In this document: positions 49,188 to 59,073 of the stretch, one piece after another | How positions within the stretch are numbered: position 1 is the first letter of the stretch | How the letters are laid out: each line of letters starts with the position of its first letter | Assembly: GCA_963422305.1 (NCBI GenBank) | Contig: OY729422.1 | Location: forward strand, 2,792,436 to 2,856,435 | Length of the DNA stretch: 64,000 bases | DNA from: Bryobacterales bacterium | Lineage (GTDB): Bacteria; Acidobacteriota; Terriglobia; Bryobacterales; UBA6623 | Direction: 5' to 3' | The notes under the pieces: generated by a model | What the model was told of the DNA's origin: nothing | Databases searched by the model: none | The model's input: the letters and a program-made list of their open reading frames with translations, nothing else | Program-made: the position numbers and the translations under genes

Positions 49188-50594
49188 GTGATGACCGATC
49201 GACCGAAATCGACTGCAGCCGACCGGCACTCCGGCGGCGACCGCTTTACCGCGGCCGCAACTCTCATCGGCGGACTGATCCCCGACGCCATGACCACCGC
49301 CATTGCGTTGATGGCCGCCGTGGCCGGCATCGCGCTGCTCATCGGCAACACCTTCACGCAGACCGCCGAAGCCTACTACCGCGGGTTGTGGATGCTGCTG
49401 CCTTTCACGATGCAGATGACGCTCATTCTCGTGCTCAGCTCGACGCTGGCGTCCACGTCGTTTTTCCGGCGCCTGATCGTGACTCTGTCGCGACTCCCCA
49501 ACAGCCCCGGCCAAACATTGGCGCTGGCCATGCTTACCACCGGGACGCTCTCCTACTGTTACTGGGGCCTCGGCTTGGCCATGGGGCCGCTGGTCGCTGT
49601 GAACTTTGCCAGGCAGTCCGAACGCAAGGGCCGCCCCGTCGATTTCCCCTTCCTGCTGGCCGCGGGAGGCGCAGCCGGCGCCGTCTGGCAATTCGGTTTC
49701 TCGGCGAGCGCGCCGCTGCTTATGAATACCCCGGGTCACTTCCTGGAAGACATAACCGGTTTGATGCCGCTGTCGACAACAATCTTCGCGCCCGCTACCC
49801 TGGTTTTCTTACCGCTGTTTCTCGTCTCGATCTATGCCGCCGCCCGGATATTGCTGCCCCGGAATCCCCGCCCGATTTCGCAATTTCCCAGATCATGCGC
49901 CCTGGCCGACGCCGGGCCGGCCGGCGCCGAAGCCGAAACGGAACGCAGCGCGGACGGACCCGAAGCGACTCCGGCCGAGCGCATCGAATCGCACTGCCTG
50001 CCGACCATGATTTTGGCGCTCGGCCTCGCCGGCTGGCTGATCTACCACTTCAGAGTCAGAGGCGGCGGCCTCGACCTCAATTCGCTGAACACGACGCTTC
50101 TGCTGCTTTGCCTGGCGTTTCACGGCAATGTGCGCAGCTTTTCCAAAGCGCTGCCCGCCGCCGTGGTGACCGCATGGCCGGTGATCGTGCTTTATCATCT
50201 GTACGCCGGCGTCGCCGGCTTGATCCAATACACATCGGTCGGCGCCGACTTCGCGGCGTATGCAGCCTCTATCGCCAATGAGCATACGTTCCCGTTTTTC
50301 ACGGCGTTGTCGGCCGCCGCCGTTTCGATCTTCGTGCCTTCGAGCGGAGGCCAGTGGGTGATTCAAGGCTTCATTACAACGAAGGCGGCCGCGGCGGTGG
50401 GCGTCAGCGCGCAGCGCGGCCTTTTAGCGTTGAGTGTCGGCGATCACGTCGGCAATCTCGTATCGCCGTTTTGGGCGGTCATTGCCGCCGGAATTGCCCG
50501 TATCGACTTCCGCGCCTACATCGGCTACAACATTATCTATGTCGTCCTGTGGTTCGTCTTCGGCGTGCTCTGCTTCACTTTTTTACCCTGCTGA
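49188..50594 (+). CDS. Short-chain fatty acid transporter (AtoE/SCFA_trans family) membrane protein
   Basis: 468 aa, polytopic. The N-terminal IPDAMTTAIALMAAV...WMLLPFTMQMTLILV pattern resembles AtoE-type transporters, recalled from memory. Start is GTG 49188 or ATG 49191. Confidence 0.7.
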   Translation: MMTDRPKSTAADRHSGGDRFTAAATLIGGLIPDAMTTAIALMAAVAGIALLIGNTFTQTAEAYYRGLWMLLPFTMQMTLILVLSSTLASTSFFRRLIVTLSRLPNSPGQTLALAMLTTGTLSYCYWGLGLAMGPLVAVNFARQSERKGRPVDFPFLLAAGGAAGAVWQFGFSASAPLLMNTPGHFLEDITGLMPLSTTIFAPATLVFLPLFLVSIYAAARILLPRNPRPISQFPRSCALADAGPAGAEAETERSADGPEATPAERIESHCLPTMILALGLAGWLIYHFRVRGGGLDLNSLNTTLLLLCLAFHGNVRSFSKALPAAVVTAWPVIVLYHLYAGVAGLIQYTSVGADFAAYAASIANEHTFPFFTALSAAAVSIFVPSSGGQWVIQGFITTKAAAAVGVSAQRGLLALSVGDHVGNLVSPFWAVIAAGIARIDFRAYIGYNIIYVVLWFVFGVLCFTFLPC

Positions 50595-50921
50595 TCAGCT
50601 GTATTTTTGCGCCTACCGGCTTCACGCCAAGATAACATGCAAGACAGATGGCTAATGCTCTATGAAAGGGGCGTCATTTGACATTCCCATTATATTTTGG
50701 AAACTTTCTTCCGGCATCGCCTTGCTTGTAGAACGTCGCGGTTGGGAATCTCAAGACTACCTCATTCCGACTATTGATGAAGGCGCGGTCACGGAACGAA
50801 CCGAGATGCAGTTTCGGCGTTGATCGTACGCAAGCCCACAGTGGCGATCGGTTCATCTTGGCATCGCCTGCGCCGGTATGACCTGCATGCTGCCCGGCTC
50901 CCGCCGGGATATACTGCGCCT

Positions 50922-52247
50922 ATGATGCTCCGTCTGCTCTGCATACTCCCAGCGTTTTTCCTTGCTTCCGCTTTAGAGGCGGACGGACCGATCAACGTCG
51001 TCCTGATCATGGCCGACGACGTGGGCTACGAGTGCTTCGGCGCCTACGGAAGCAAGCAGTACAAAACGCCCCGACTCGACAAGATGGCCGATAGCGGCGT
51101 CAAGTTCACCCATTGCTACTCGACTCCGCTCTGCACGCCCAGCCGCGTAGCGTTGATGACCGGCAAGAACAACGCCCGCAACTATACTGACTTCGGCGCC
51201 CTGGCGCCCGGGGAATACACCTTGGCCGATCTTTTCCGCGAAGCCGGCTATGCGACCGCGATCGCCGGAAAATGGCAATTGCAAGGCAACGACCGCAGCG
51301 CGGGAGTTCCCGCAGGCAGCGGTTTCGATACGCACTGCCTTTGGAACACGGCGCTTACCGGGCGGAACCGCTTCTGGAATCCCTCGCTCGATTGCAACGG
51401 CAAGTTGATGAAGGTGGAAGAAGACGACTACGGCCCCGATATTTTCACCGACTTTCTTCTTGATTTCATCGGGACGAATCGAGAACGGCCGTTTTTCGCC
51501 TACTACCCGATGGCGCTCGTTCATACGCCTTTCGTGCCCACGCCGGACTCCGCCGACCGCAATTCGCAAGACATCCGGAAAAACTTCGAAGACATGGTCG
51601 CCTACACCGACAAGATCGTCGGACGCTTCGAGGACAAGCTCGCCGAGCTCGGCCTGCTGGAGAAAACCCTGGTCGTCTTCACTGCCGACAACGGCTCGCA
51701 TCACAATCTATACTCCAAACTTGACGGCCGAACAATTCGCGGCGACAAGGGCGCGCCCACTGACGCAGGGACGCATGTTCCGTTGTGCATACGCATGCCG
51801 GGCACGGTTCCGGGAGGACGGGTCGTCGACGACCTCATCGACTTTACGGATTTCCTGCCCACGCTGGCGGATGCCGCCGGGCTGCGGTTTGCGAACCGCT
51901 CGCAACTCGACGGCCGCAGTTTCTGGCCGCAACTGAAAGGCGAAACCGGCAATCCGCGCGAGTGGAGCTACACCTACTATTTTCCCCGTCCGTTCGCCGA
52001 CAAGTTCGCCACGCCCTACACCAGCCCGGAAGTCCGCTACGTCCGCGATAAACGCTACAAGCTTTACGGCAGCGGCGAGTTATTCGACTTGCAAACCGAC
52101 CCGCGTGAGGAGCGTCCATTGGAGGCTGCGCGGGATATCCGCGTCAAGCTGCAAGCAGCCCTGGATTTGATGCCTGAGCATGGCGCAAAAATTCCCCAAG
52201 AGCGGTCCCGAGAGTCGCAAGCGGCCGAGCGGCCCAGATGGGAATAG
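50922..52247 (+). CDS. Sulfatase
   Basis: Start chosen at ATG 50922 (MMLRLLCILPAFFLASALEA signal peptide). NVVLIMADD, and PLCTPSRVALMTGKN signature. Confidence 0.9.
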   Translation: MMLRLLCILPAFFLASALEADGPINVVLIMADDVGYECFGAYGSKQYKTPRLDKMADSGVKFTHCYSTPLCTPSRVALMTGKNNARNYTDFGALAPGEYTLADLFREAGYATAIAGKWQLQGNDRSAGVPAGSGFDTHCLWNTALTGRNRFWNPSLDCNGKLMKVEEDDYGPDIFTDFLLDFIGTNRERPFFAYYPMALVHTPFVPTPDSADRNSQDIRKNFEDMVAYTDKIVGRFEDKLAELGLLEKTLVVFTADNGSHHNLYSKLDGRTIRGDKGAPTDAGTHVPLCIRMPGTVPGGRVVDDLIDFTDFLPTLADAAGLRFANRSQLDGRSFWPQLKGETGNPREWSYTYYFPRPFADKFATPYTSPEVRYVRDKRYKLYGSGELFDLQTDPREERPLEAARDIRVKLQAALDLMPEHGAKIPQERSRESQAAERPRWE

Positions 52248-52271
52248 CCGGCGGCAGGCGGTGCGGGCGGC

Positions 52272-53489
<1,218 letters not shown>

Positions 53490-53566
53490 TCGATTCGACC
53501 TCCCGTGCGGAGTCATTCTAGCGCTTCGGAGCGTGCCGTGCAGTCAATGCCTTAGATGTGGAAGAT

Positions 53567-53643
53567 TGGTACGCCCGGCAGGATTCGAACCTGCGGCCTC
53601 TTGCTCCGGAGGCAAGCGCTCTATCCAGCTGAGCTACGGGCGC
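53567..53643 (-). tRNA. tRNA-Arg (anticodon CCG), CCA encoded
   Basis: The reverse complement GCGCCCGTAGCTCAGCTGGATAGAGCGCTTGCCTCCGGAGCAAGAGGCCGCAGGTTCGAATCCTGCCGGGCGTACCA folds as a cloverleaf. It has a 7-bp acceptor stem, GCTC/GAGC D stem, CTTGC/GCAAG anticodon stem with loop CTCCGGA, and GCAGG/CCTGC T stem with TTCGAAT loop. Confidence 0.93.
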
Positions 53644-53758
53644 GAACGAGAGAACGGCGCGACGCCGGCGGCGGGCCCGGCGGCGCTGCCTTCAGCATAG
53701 CGCGGCGCCGGCGGGACGGCGAAAGAGATTACAATCGGCGGACAATAAGGGACGGGCA

Positions 53759-56700
53759 ATGAATGACGAGAACATGCGCAACAGCATACGCGACGCAATC
53801 AGGGCTGCGCCGGCGGCGGGCTCCGGCGGCGGCTTCGCGCAGTGGGCAAGCAATCTATTGGCAGTCCTGGGCTACCGCAGCGAGCGCGCGCCGGACGGGC
53901 AGACGGGCGATGTTAACGAATTCATCGCAGATTTCCCGGCACTGAAGCCGAGCGCTCAATCGGAGCGCAATTTGCGCAGCAGCGCCGCATCCATACGCAT
54001 CCTCTTTCAGTTCACCAATACCGAGATCGCCGAGACGGCTCCAAGCGCATTGCTCGATGCCGCCGCTTTCGACTCGGGCAACGCCGAGAGCTTCATCTTT
54101 GCCGCCGTCGAACTGAACGGTGAAACCTATTCGCGGAGCAAGTACGCCGAATTCACCCGCGAGGTCAACAAACGGCTGCCGATGCCCATCGTGATTCTGT
54201 TCCGCGCCGCCGCCGGCCGTCTCACCCTGGCTTTCGTGCATCGCCGGGTCAACAAACGCAACATCGAGCGGGATGTGTTGGGCAGCGTCTCGCTGATCCG
54301 TGAGATCGACCCTGTCGATCCGCACCGCGCCCATATCGACGCGCTGGCCGAGTTGACGCCGGCCAAGCGGCTGCAATGGATGGGCAGCCGCGGCAAGCCG
54401 CGCAACTTCGACGGCCTGCTCGACGCTTGGTTGGACGCGCTCGACGCTAGGGAACTGAACCGCAAGTTTTACCGGGAGTTGTTCGCTTGGTTCGAGCGCG
54501 CCGTCGCCAAGACGAAATTTCCTGCCGGCGTTCCTCCTGAAGAGCACGTTATCCGTCTCATAACCCGCTTGTTGTTCGTATGGTTCATCAAGCAAAAGCG
54601 GCTGATTGCCGAGGAACTGTTCGTCGAAAACGAGATTCGCCGGCTGCTCAAAGACTATGACCGCGACGCCGGCGATTCCTACTACCGCGCCGTGCTGCAG
54701 AACCTGTTTTTCGCCACGCTGAACACCGAAATCGATCAGCGGCGCTTCAGCAAAGAGAGCAACGCCGATCACCGCGACTTTTCCCGCTACCGCTATCGAG
54801 ACGAAATCAGCGGTCCCGACCGCCTGATTGCGCTGTTCGCCCGAACGCCCTTCATTAACGGCGGCCTGTTCGATTGTCTGGATAGCTATGAAGCAGGCGG
54901 CAAGGGTGGGCGGCGCATCGACTGTTTTACCGACAACCGGAATCATCGCAAGCTGCTGTCCATCCCCAACCGCCTGTTTTTTGACCCCGAAGCTGGCCTG
55001 TTCCCTTTGTTCAACCGCTATAAGTTCACGGTGGAGGAGAACACGCCGGTTGAACGGGAGGCAGCCCTCGACCCCGAGTTGCTCGGCCGGGTCTTCGAAA
55101 ACCTGCTGGCCGCATACAATCCGGAGACGCGCCGGACGGCGCGCAAGGCCACCGGCTCCTACTACACGCCGCGTCCGGTAGTGGATTACATGGTTGACGA
55201 GGCGCTGACGGCAGCGCTGACGCAACGATGCAAGCCGACGGACGGCGACGATGAATTCTGGCGCGAGCGCCTGCGCTATCTGCTGGATTACAACGACGCC
55301 GGGGAACTGTTCGACTCGGACGAAACGGAAGCCGTGGTCCGAGCGGTCGCCGGACTGCGGGTGCTGGATCCGGCCGTCGGCTCCGGCGCATTTCCAATGA
55401 GCGTGCTGCACAAGCTCACTCTGGCGCTGCGCCGTCTCGACCCTGATAACGAACTCTGGAAGGAATTGCAGAAAGATCAAGCTCGTCGCCGAGCGGGCGC
55501 GGCCTTCGACGCCGATGACCGGGCAGAGCGTGAAAGACAGCTGGCCGCAATCAGCGATAACTTCGAGCGCTATCGGCGCTCCGACTTCGGGCGCAAGCTG
55601 TACTTGATCCAGAACGGCATCTACGGCGTGGACATCCAGCCCATCGCCTGCCGGATTGCCCAACTGCGCTTCTTCATCTCCCTGACCATCGAGCAGGAAC
55701 CCGACCCCGCCGCCCCCAATTACGGCATCAAGCCGCTGCCCAACCTCGAAACCCGCTTCGTCGCGGCGAATGCGCTGCTCGGTCTGGACAAGCCCGCCCA
55801 ATCGACACTGGGGCAAACCGACGCCGTCAAGCAACTGGAGCGGCGGCTGAAAGAAAACCGTGAGCGGCATTTTCACGTCAACAACCGTCAGAAAAAACTG
55901 GAATGCCGCAATAAAGACAGAGAACTGCGGGATGAGTTGGCTGCGGAGTTGAGAGCGGGCGGCATGCCCGCCGGCGCCGCCGAAAAAGTCGCCCGCTGGA
56001 ACCCCTACGACCAGAACGCCGTTGCCGACTGGTTCGACGCCGAATACATGTTCGGCCTAGCCGACGGCTTCGATATCGTCATCGGCAACCCGCCCTACGT
56101 GCGCGGCGAGAAGATAGCGGGCAAGGCGAGATTGCGCGCCGCTTTCGGGGACTTCTATAAGGGGACGGCCGATCTCTACGCCTATTTCTTCAAGAAGGGC
56201 GTGGAGTTCCTGGCAGCCAATGGGCTGCTCTGCTTCATCACCTCGAACAAGTTCATGCGGGCGGCTTACGGGCAGCCGCTGCGGGCTTTTTTGAAACGGG
56301 AAGCGCCGCCGGTTTTTCTTCTCGACATGGGGCGAACGGGAGCTTTCGATGCGACAGTGCGCCCCGCGATCATGCTGGCGGGGAAGGGCGGCAGCCGTAA
56401 AGCACTGCGCGCCGCCACCGTGCGGGAAAAAGACGGCGTGACGGACGACTTGCGCGCCTTCATGGAAGAGAGCGGATTCCTCATGTCCTTCGCCGCGTTG
56501 TCGGATAAGGGTTGGTCTCTCGCGGAACCGGCGCTGCTGCGACTGCGCGGCAAGATCGAGAAGGCGGGGGCGCCGCTGCGGGAATATCTGAAAGAAGGAC
56601 TCTACCGCGGCATTATTACGGGATTGAACGAAGCGTTTGTGATTGACGCGCAGACGCGCAAACGGCTGATCGCTGAAGACCCGAACAGCGCGGAACTGAT

Positions 56701-57388
56701 CCGGCCGTGGCTGCGCGGCCGGGACGTTCGGCGCCGGCGCGCGGATTGGGCCGGCCTGTATGTGATCGCCATTGCCTCAAGCGCCAACAAATCGTGGCCG
56801 TGGTCGTCCGCGAGCCCGGCAGTCGATGCCGTTGCTATTTTCAAGAAGACTTATCCGGCCGTTCACGGTCATCTGTCCCGATTCGAAGACAAGCTCTGCG
56901 AGAGACAGGACAAAGGGAGATTCTTCTGGGAACTGCGCGCCTGCGCCTACTACGAGGCGTTCGATCAACCGAAGATCATCTATGCCGACATTGGAACGGA
57001 AATGCGGGCGCTGCTCGACCGCGACGGCCGGCTGACGGGCAATACATGCTATATCATCCCCGGCGATGACGGCTACCTTCTCGCTCTACTGAACGCGAAG
57101 CTGCTGGACTTCTACTTCCGCTTGGCCATGCCCTGCCTGGATGACCCGTTCAGCGGCGGGGACATGAGATTCTTTCGCGTGGACATGGAGCGCACGCCCA
57201 TCGCAGCGGCCGGCCCGGCAAAGAAAGATCGCTTAGCCGCCCTGTCAAACGCAATCCAGACGGCCAAGCAAGCGGACCCCGCCGCCGATACATCCGCCCC
57301 CGAACGCGAAATCGACCGCATCGTCTATGACCTCTACGGCCTCGATGCAAGCGAAACCGCGCTGATTGAAAAGACCGCCGAGCGTTGA
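53759..57388 (+). CDS. Eco57I-family N6-adenine DNA methyltransferase with type IIG / BREX PglX-like architecture (1209 aa)
   Basis: Motif I VLDPAVGSGAFP, motif IV IVIGNPPYV, helical region with LLFVWFIKQK, LQNLFFATLN and PFINGGLF. TaqI_C-like specificity region (YRGIITGLNEAFVID...CYIIPGDDGYLLALLNAKLLDFY) and the typical C-terminal tail IVYDLYGLDASETALIE. Confidence 0.85.
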   Translation: MNDENMRNSIRDAIRAAPAAGSGGGFAQWASNLLAVLGYRSERAPDGQTGDVNEFIADFPALKPSAQSERNLRSSAASIRILFQFTNTEIAETAPSALLDAAAFDSGNAESFIFAAVELNGETYSRSKYAEFTREVNKRLPMPIVILFRAAAGRLTLAFVHRRVNKRNIERDVLGSVSLIREIDPVDPHRAHIDALAELTPAKRLQWMGSRGKPRNFDGLLDAWLDALDARELNRKFYRELFAWFERAVAKTKFPAGVPPEEHVIRLITRLLFVWFIKQKRLIAEELFVENEIRRLLKDYDRDAGDSYYRAVLQNLFFATLNTEIDQRRFSKESNADHRDFSRYRYRDEISGPDRLIALFARTPFINGGLFDCLDSYEAGGKGGRRIDCFTDNRNHRKLLSIPNRLFFDPEAGLFPLFNRYKFTVEENTPVEREAALDPELLGRVFENLLAAYNPETRRTARKATGSYYTPRPVVDYMVDEALTAALTQRCKPTDGDDEFWRERLRYLLDYNDAGELFDSDETEAVVRAVAGLRVLDPAVGSGAFPMSVLHKLTLALRRLDPDNELWKELQKDQARRRAGAAFDADDRAERERQLAAISDNFERYRRSDFGRKLYLIQNGIYGVDIQPIACRIAQLRFFISLTIEQEPDPAAPNYGIKPLPNLETRFVAANALLGLDKPAQSTLGQTDAVKQLERRLKENRERHFHVNNRQKKLECRNKDRELRDELAAELRAGGMPAGAAEKVARWNPYDQNAVADWFDAEYMFGLADGFDIVIGNPPYVRGEKIAGKARLRAAFGDFYKGTADLYAYFFKKGVEFLAANGLLCFITSNKFMRAAYGQPLRAFLKREAPPVFLLDMGRTGAFDATVRPAIMLAGKGGSRKALRAATVREKDGVTDDLRAFMEESGFLMSFAALSDKGWSLAEPALLRLRGKIEKAGAPLREYLKEGLYRGIITGLNEAFVIDAQTRKRLIAEDPNSAELIRPWLRGRDVRRRRADWAGLYVIAIASSANKSWPWSSASPAVDAVAIFKKTYPAVHGHLSRFEDKLCERQDKGRFFWELRACAYYEAFDQPKIIYADIGTEMRALLDRDGRLTGNTCYIIPGDDGYLLALLNAKLLDFYFRLAMPCLDDPFSGGDMRFFRVDMERTPIAAAGPAKKDRLAALSNAIQTAKQADPAADTSAPEREIDRIVYDLYGLDASETALIEKTAER

Positions 57389-57497
57389 CCGGCGTGATGC
57401 GCGCCGGCGTCTGGCCGCTCTCTATATAGCGGTGGGGAGTGCAGGCGGAACTCCGAAGACGGAGCAGTCTGCGGTAACGTACAAGGGTGAATTCGGT

Positions 57498-57677
57498 ATG
57501 AGTAAAAAGAAAAACCCTCCGCCGCCAGAACCGCCGGTAAGTCCTCTGCCGGAGCCGTTGGAAAAGAGCATTGAGGCTGTCAGGTCCACTGTGCGCCCCC
57601 CGCGGACGAAGCCGCCGCCGCGGCCGAAGCCTCCGGCAGACCCGGCCAACGACGGCGCCGAAGAAGGCGGTTCTTGA
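57498..57677 (+). CDS. Hypothetical 59-aa proline/lysine-rich, probably disordered protein
   Basis: ATG preceded by AAGGGTGA. MSKKKNPPPPEPPVSPLPEPLEKSIEAVRSTVRPPRTKPPPRPKPPADPANDGAEEGGS. It ends 26 nt before the next gene. Coding status is uncertain. Confidence 0.35.
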   Translation: MSKKKNPPPPEPPVSPLPEPLEKSIEAVRSTVRPPRTKPPPRPKPPADPANDGAEEGGS

Positions 57678-57703
57678 TTGCGTTGCTATGATAAGCATCG
57701 TTC

Positions 57704-58243
57704 ATGACGAATGAGGGTTTTGATGATTTGCTGTTTGGCGTGCGCCGTTCGATACGCTACCATTCGAGGCGGCAAGCGTTTTTCGAAAGGCTTGATCGCT
57801 GGTCCGCGTTTGTGTTGCTGCTGTTGGGTTCTGGAGCGGTCGCGTCGGTCCTGCAAGACAATAAAACCTGGGCTCTCATCGCGGGGCTTGGCGTGACGTG
57901 CGTCTCCGGTCTGAACCTTGTCTTTGGGTTTGGAGTCAGGGCAAGCCGGCATGCCCAATTCGTCAAGGACTTCACGCGGTTTGAAACGCGGCTTCAGGAC
58001 GACGACTCCGACGAGACCGTAGCAGCCGTCGCCAAAGAACGTCTTGGCGTCGAGGCGGCGGAACCTCCGGTTATGCGGGTGCTTGACGTTATTTGCCACA
58101 ACGAGTTGCTCACGGCCATGGGTTACGAAGGCAATATTCTGCAACAGGAGCGAGTTCGGCTAACACGTCTCCAGCGCTTGACCGCCAATCTTTTCAATTG
58201 GGGCGAGCATCGATTGATAAAGGGCGGTCAAGAGTTGAGTTGA
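57704..58243 (+). CDS. Two-transmembrane-helix protein, SLATT/DUF4231-like topology (putative membrane effector)
   Basis: 179 aa. N-terminal amphipathic RRSIRYHSRRQAFFERLDRW, TM1 SAFVLLLLGSGAVASVL, TM2 WALIAGLGVTCVSGLNLVFGF, then ASRHAQFVKDFTRFETRL and a soluble C-terminal tail. The SLATT assignment is by pattern only. Confidence 0.5.
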   Translation: MTNEGFDDLLFGVRRSIRYHSRRQAFFERLDRWSAFVLLLLGSGAVASVLQDNKTWALIAGLGVTCVSGLNLVFGFGVRASRHAQFVKDFTRFETRLQDDDSDETVAAVAKERLGVEAAEPPVMRVLDVICHNELLTAMGYEGNILQQERVRLTRLQRLTANLFNWGEHRLIKGGQELS

Positions 58244-58281
58244 GCGTTTTTCGGCGTGCGCGGCGTCGTGGACCGATCGGC

Positions 58282-58437
58282 CGTCGTTCCAAAACCGTTC
58301 CAAGGCGGCGTAAAGCTCTTGTAAATGGTTTATGCGCTCTACGGCTCGATCGAGAAAGAAATTGCGCCGGCGGAAGAACGGACAAGGCGTCGCCGCCGCT
58401 TCAAGACCATTCCAAGGTGACGTAAAGCGCTTGTAAA
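58282..58437. repeat. Two 44-nt imperfect direct repeats (58282-58325 and 58394-58437, 36 of 44 identical) upstream of the ECF sigma gene
   Basis: CGTCGTTCCAAAACCGTTCCAAGGCGGCGTAAAGCTCTTGTAAA versus CGCCGCTTCAAGACCATTCCAAGGTGACGTAAAGCGCTTGTAAA, aligned by eye. Period 112 nt. Confidence 0.7.
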
Positions 58438-58503
58438 GAGAGTTTAACCTGGGTTTTACCGTTGTGGAATAACCGCTCCGGGAGGCCGCTGCGTCTTATC
58501 GGC

Positions 58504-59073
58504 ATGACTGTCGATCCTGAAATCATCCGCCAAGCTCAAAATGGGGACGAGGCTGCCTTCAGCGCCGTTTTCCGCGCCTACAAACAGCGTGTGTTCGGCA
58601 CGGTCTATCGCCTGCTCGGACGCCGTGACGCCGTCGAAGACGTGGGTCAGGATGTCTTTATTCGTCTGTACCGGTCGCTCGGACAACTGCGCGCGGTCGA
58701 GGTGTTCGAGACATGGCTGTACCGCCTGACGGTCAATACCGTTTATGATTATCTGCGCAAGGAGCGGCGGCGCTGCGACGTGCGGTTGGCCGACCTGAGC
58801 GAAGAGCAGATTCGCCTAGCCGATAGCGCCGCCTCCGGCAGGGACATGGCGGTTACGCGGCGCCGGACGGAAGCGCGCTGTCTGCTGCAGGCTCTGTTGG
58901 CCAACGTCTCGGAAGCGGACAAGCGGCTGTTGACGCTGAAGGAAGTCGAGGGTCTGACGCTGAAAGAGATGGAAGGCATTTACTGCTCGAACGAAAACGC
59001 CTTGAAAGTGAGGCTGTTTCGGGCGCGCAAGCGAGCGCGCCGGGCATACCAACAGATGCCGGCCGCGTATTAG
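58504..59073 (+). CDS. ECF-type RNA polymerase sigma-70 family factor
   Basis: Start at ATG 58504 (MTVDPEIIRQAQNGDEAAF). Region 2 is VEDVGQDVFIRLYRSL...FETWLYRLTVNTVYDYLRK. Region 4 is LTLKEVEGLTLKEMEGIYCSNENALKVRLFRARKRAR. Confidence 0.88.
   Translation: MTVDPEIIRQAQNGDEAAFSAVFRAYKQRVFGTVYRLLGRRDAVEDVGQDVFIRLYRSLGQLRAVEVFETWLYRLTVNTVYDYLRKERRRCDVRLADLSEEQIRLADSAASGRDMAVTRRRTEARCLLQALLANVSEADKRLLTLKEVEGLTLKEMEGIYCSNENALKVRLFRARKRARRAYQQMPAAY

Noticed and set aside
50640-50720. AT-rich patch with TTGACA and TATATT hexamers, considered as a promoter for the sulfatase gene.
   Set aside because: The hexamer spacing is far from 17 nt and the patch is about 200 nt from the start codon. There is not enough evidence to call a promoter.
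53567-53643. tRNA-Arg as the attachment site of the island.
   Set aside because: The island abuts the 5' end of the tRNA rather than the 3' end. The integrase is at the distal end, and I could not find a tRNA-derived direct repeat near 63.4-64.0 kb. It is kept only as a loose landmark.
53759-57388. Calling the 1209-aa methyltransferase a BREX system (pglX).
   Set aside because: No PglZ, BrxC, BrxA, BrxB or BrxL-like genes are present anywhere in the island or window. The architecture alone is shared with type IIG enzymes, so only 'PglX-like' is justified.
58466-58496. ECF-type promoter GGAAT...CGTCT just upstream of the sigma gene.
   Set aside because: The spacing between the AAT and CGT elements is about 21 nt, against about 16-17 expected. 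The putative -10 element is only 8 nt from the ATG.
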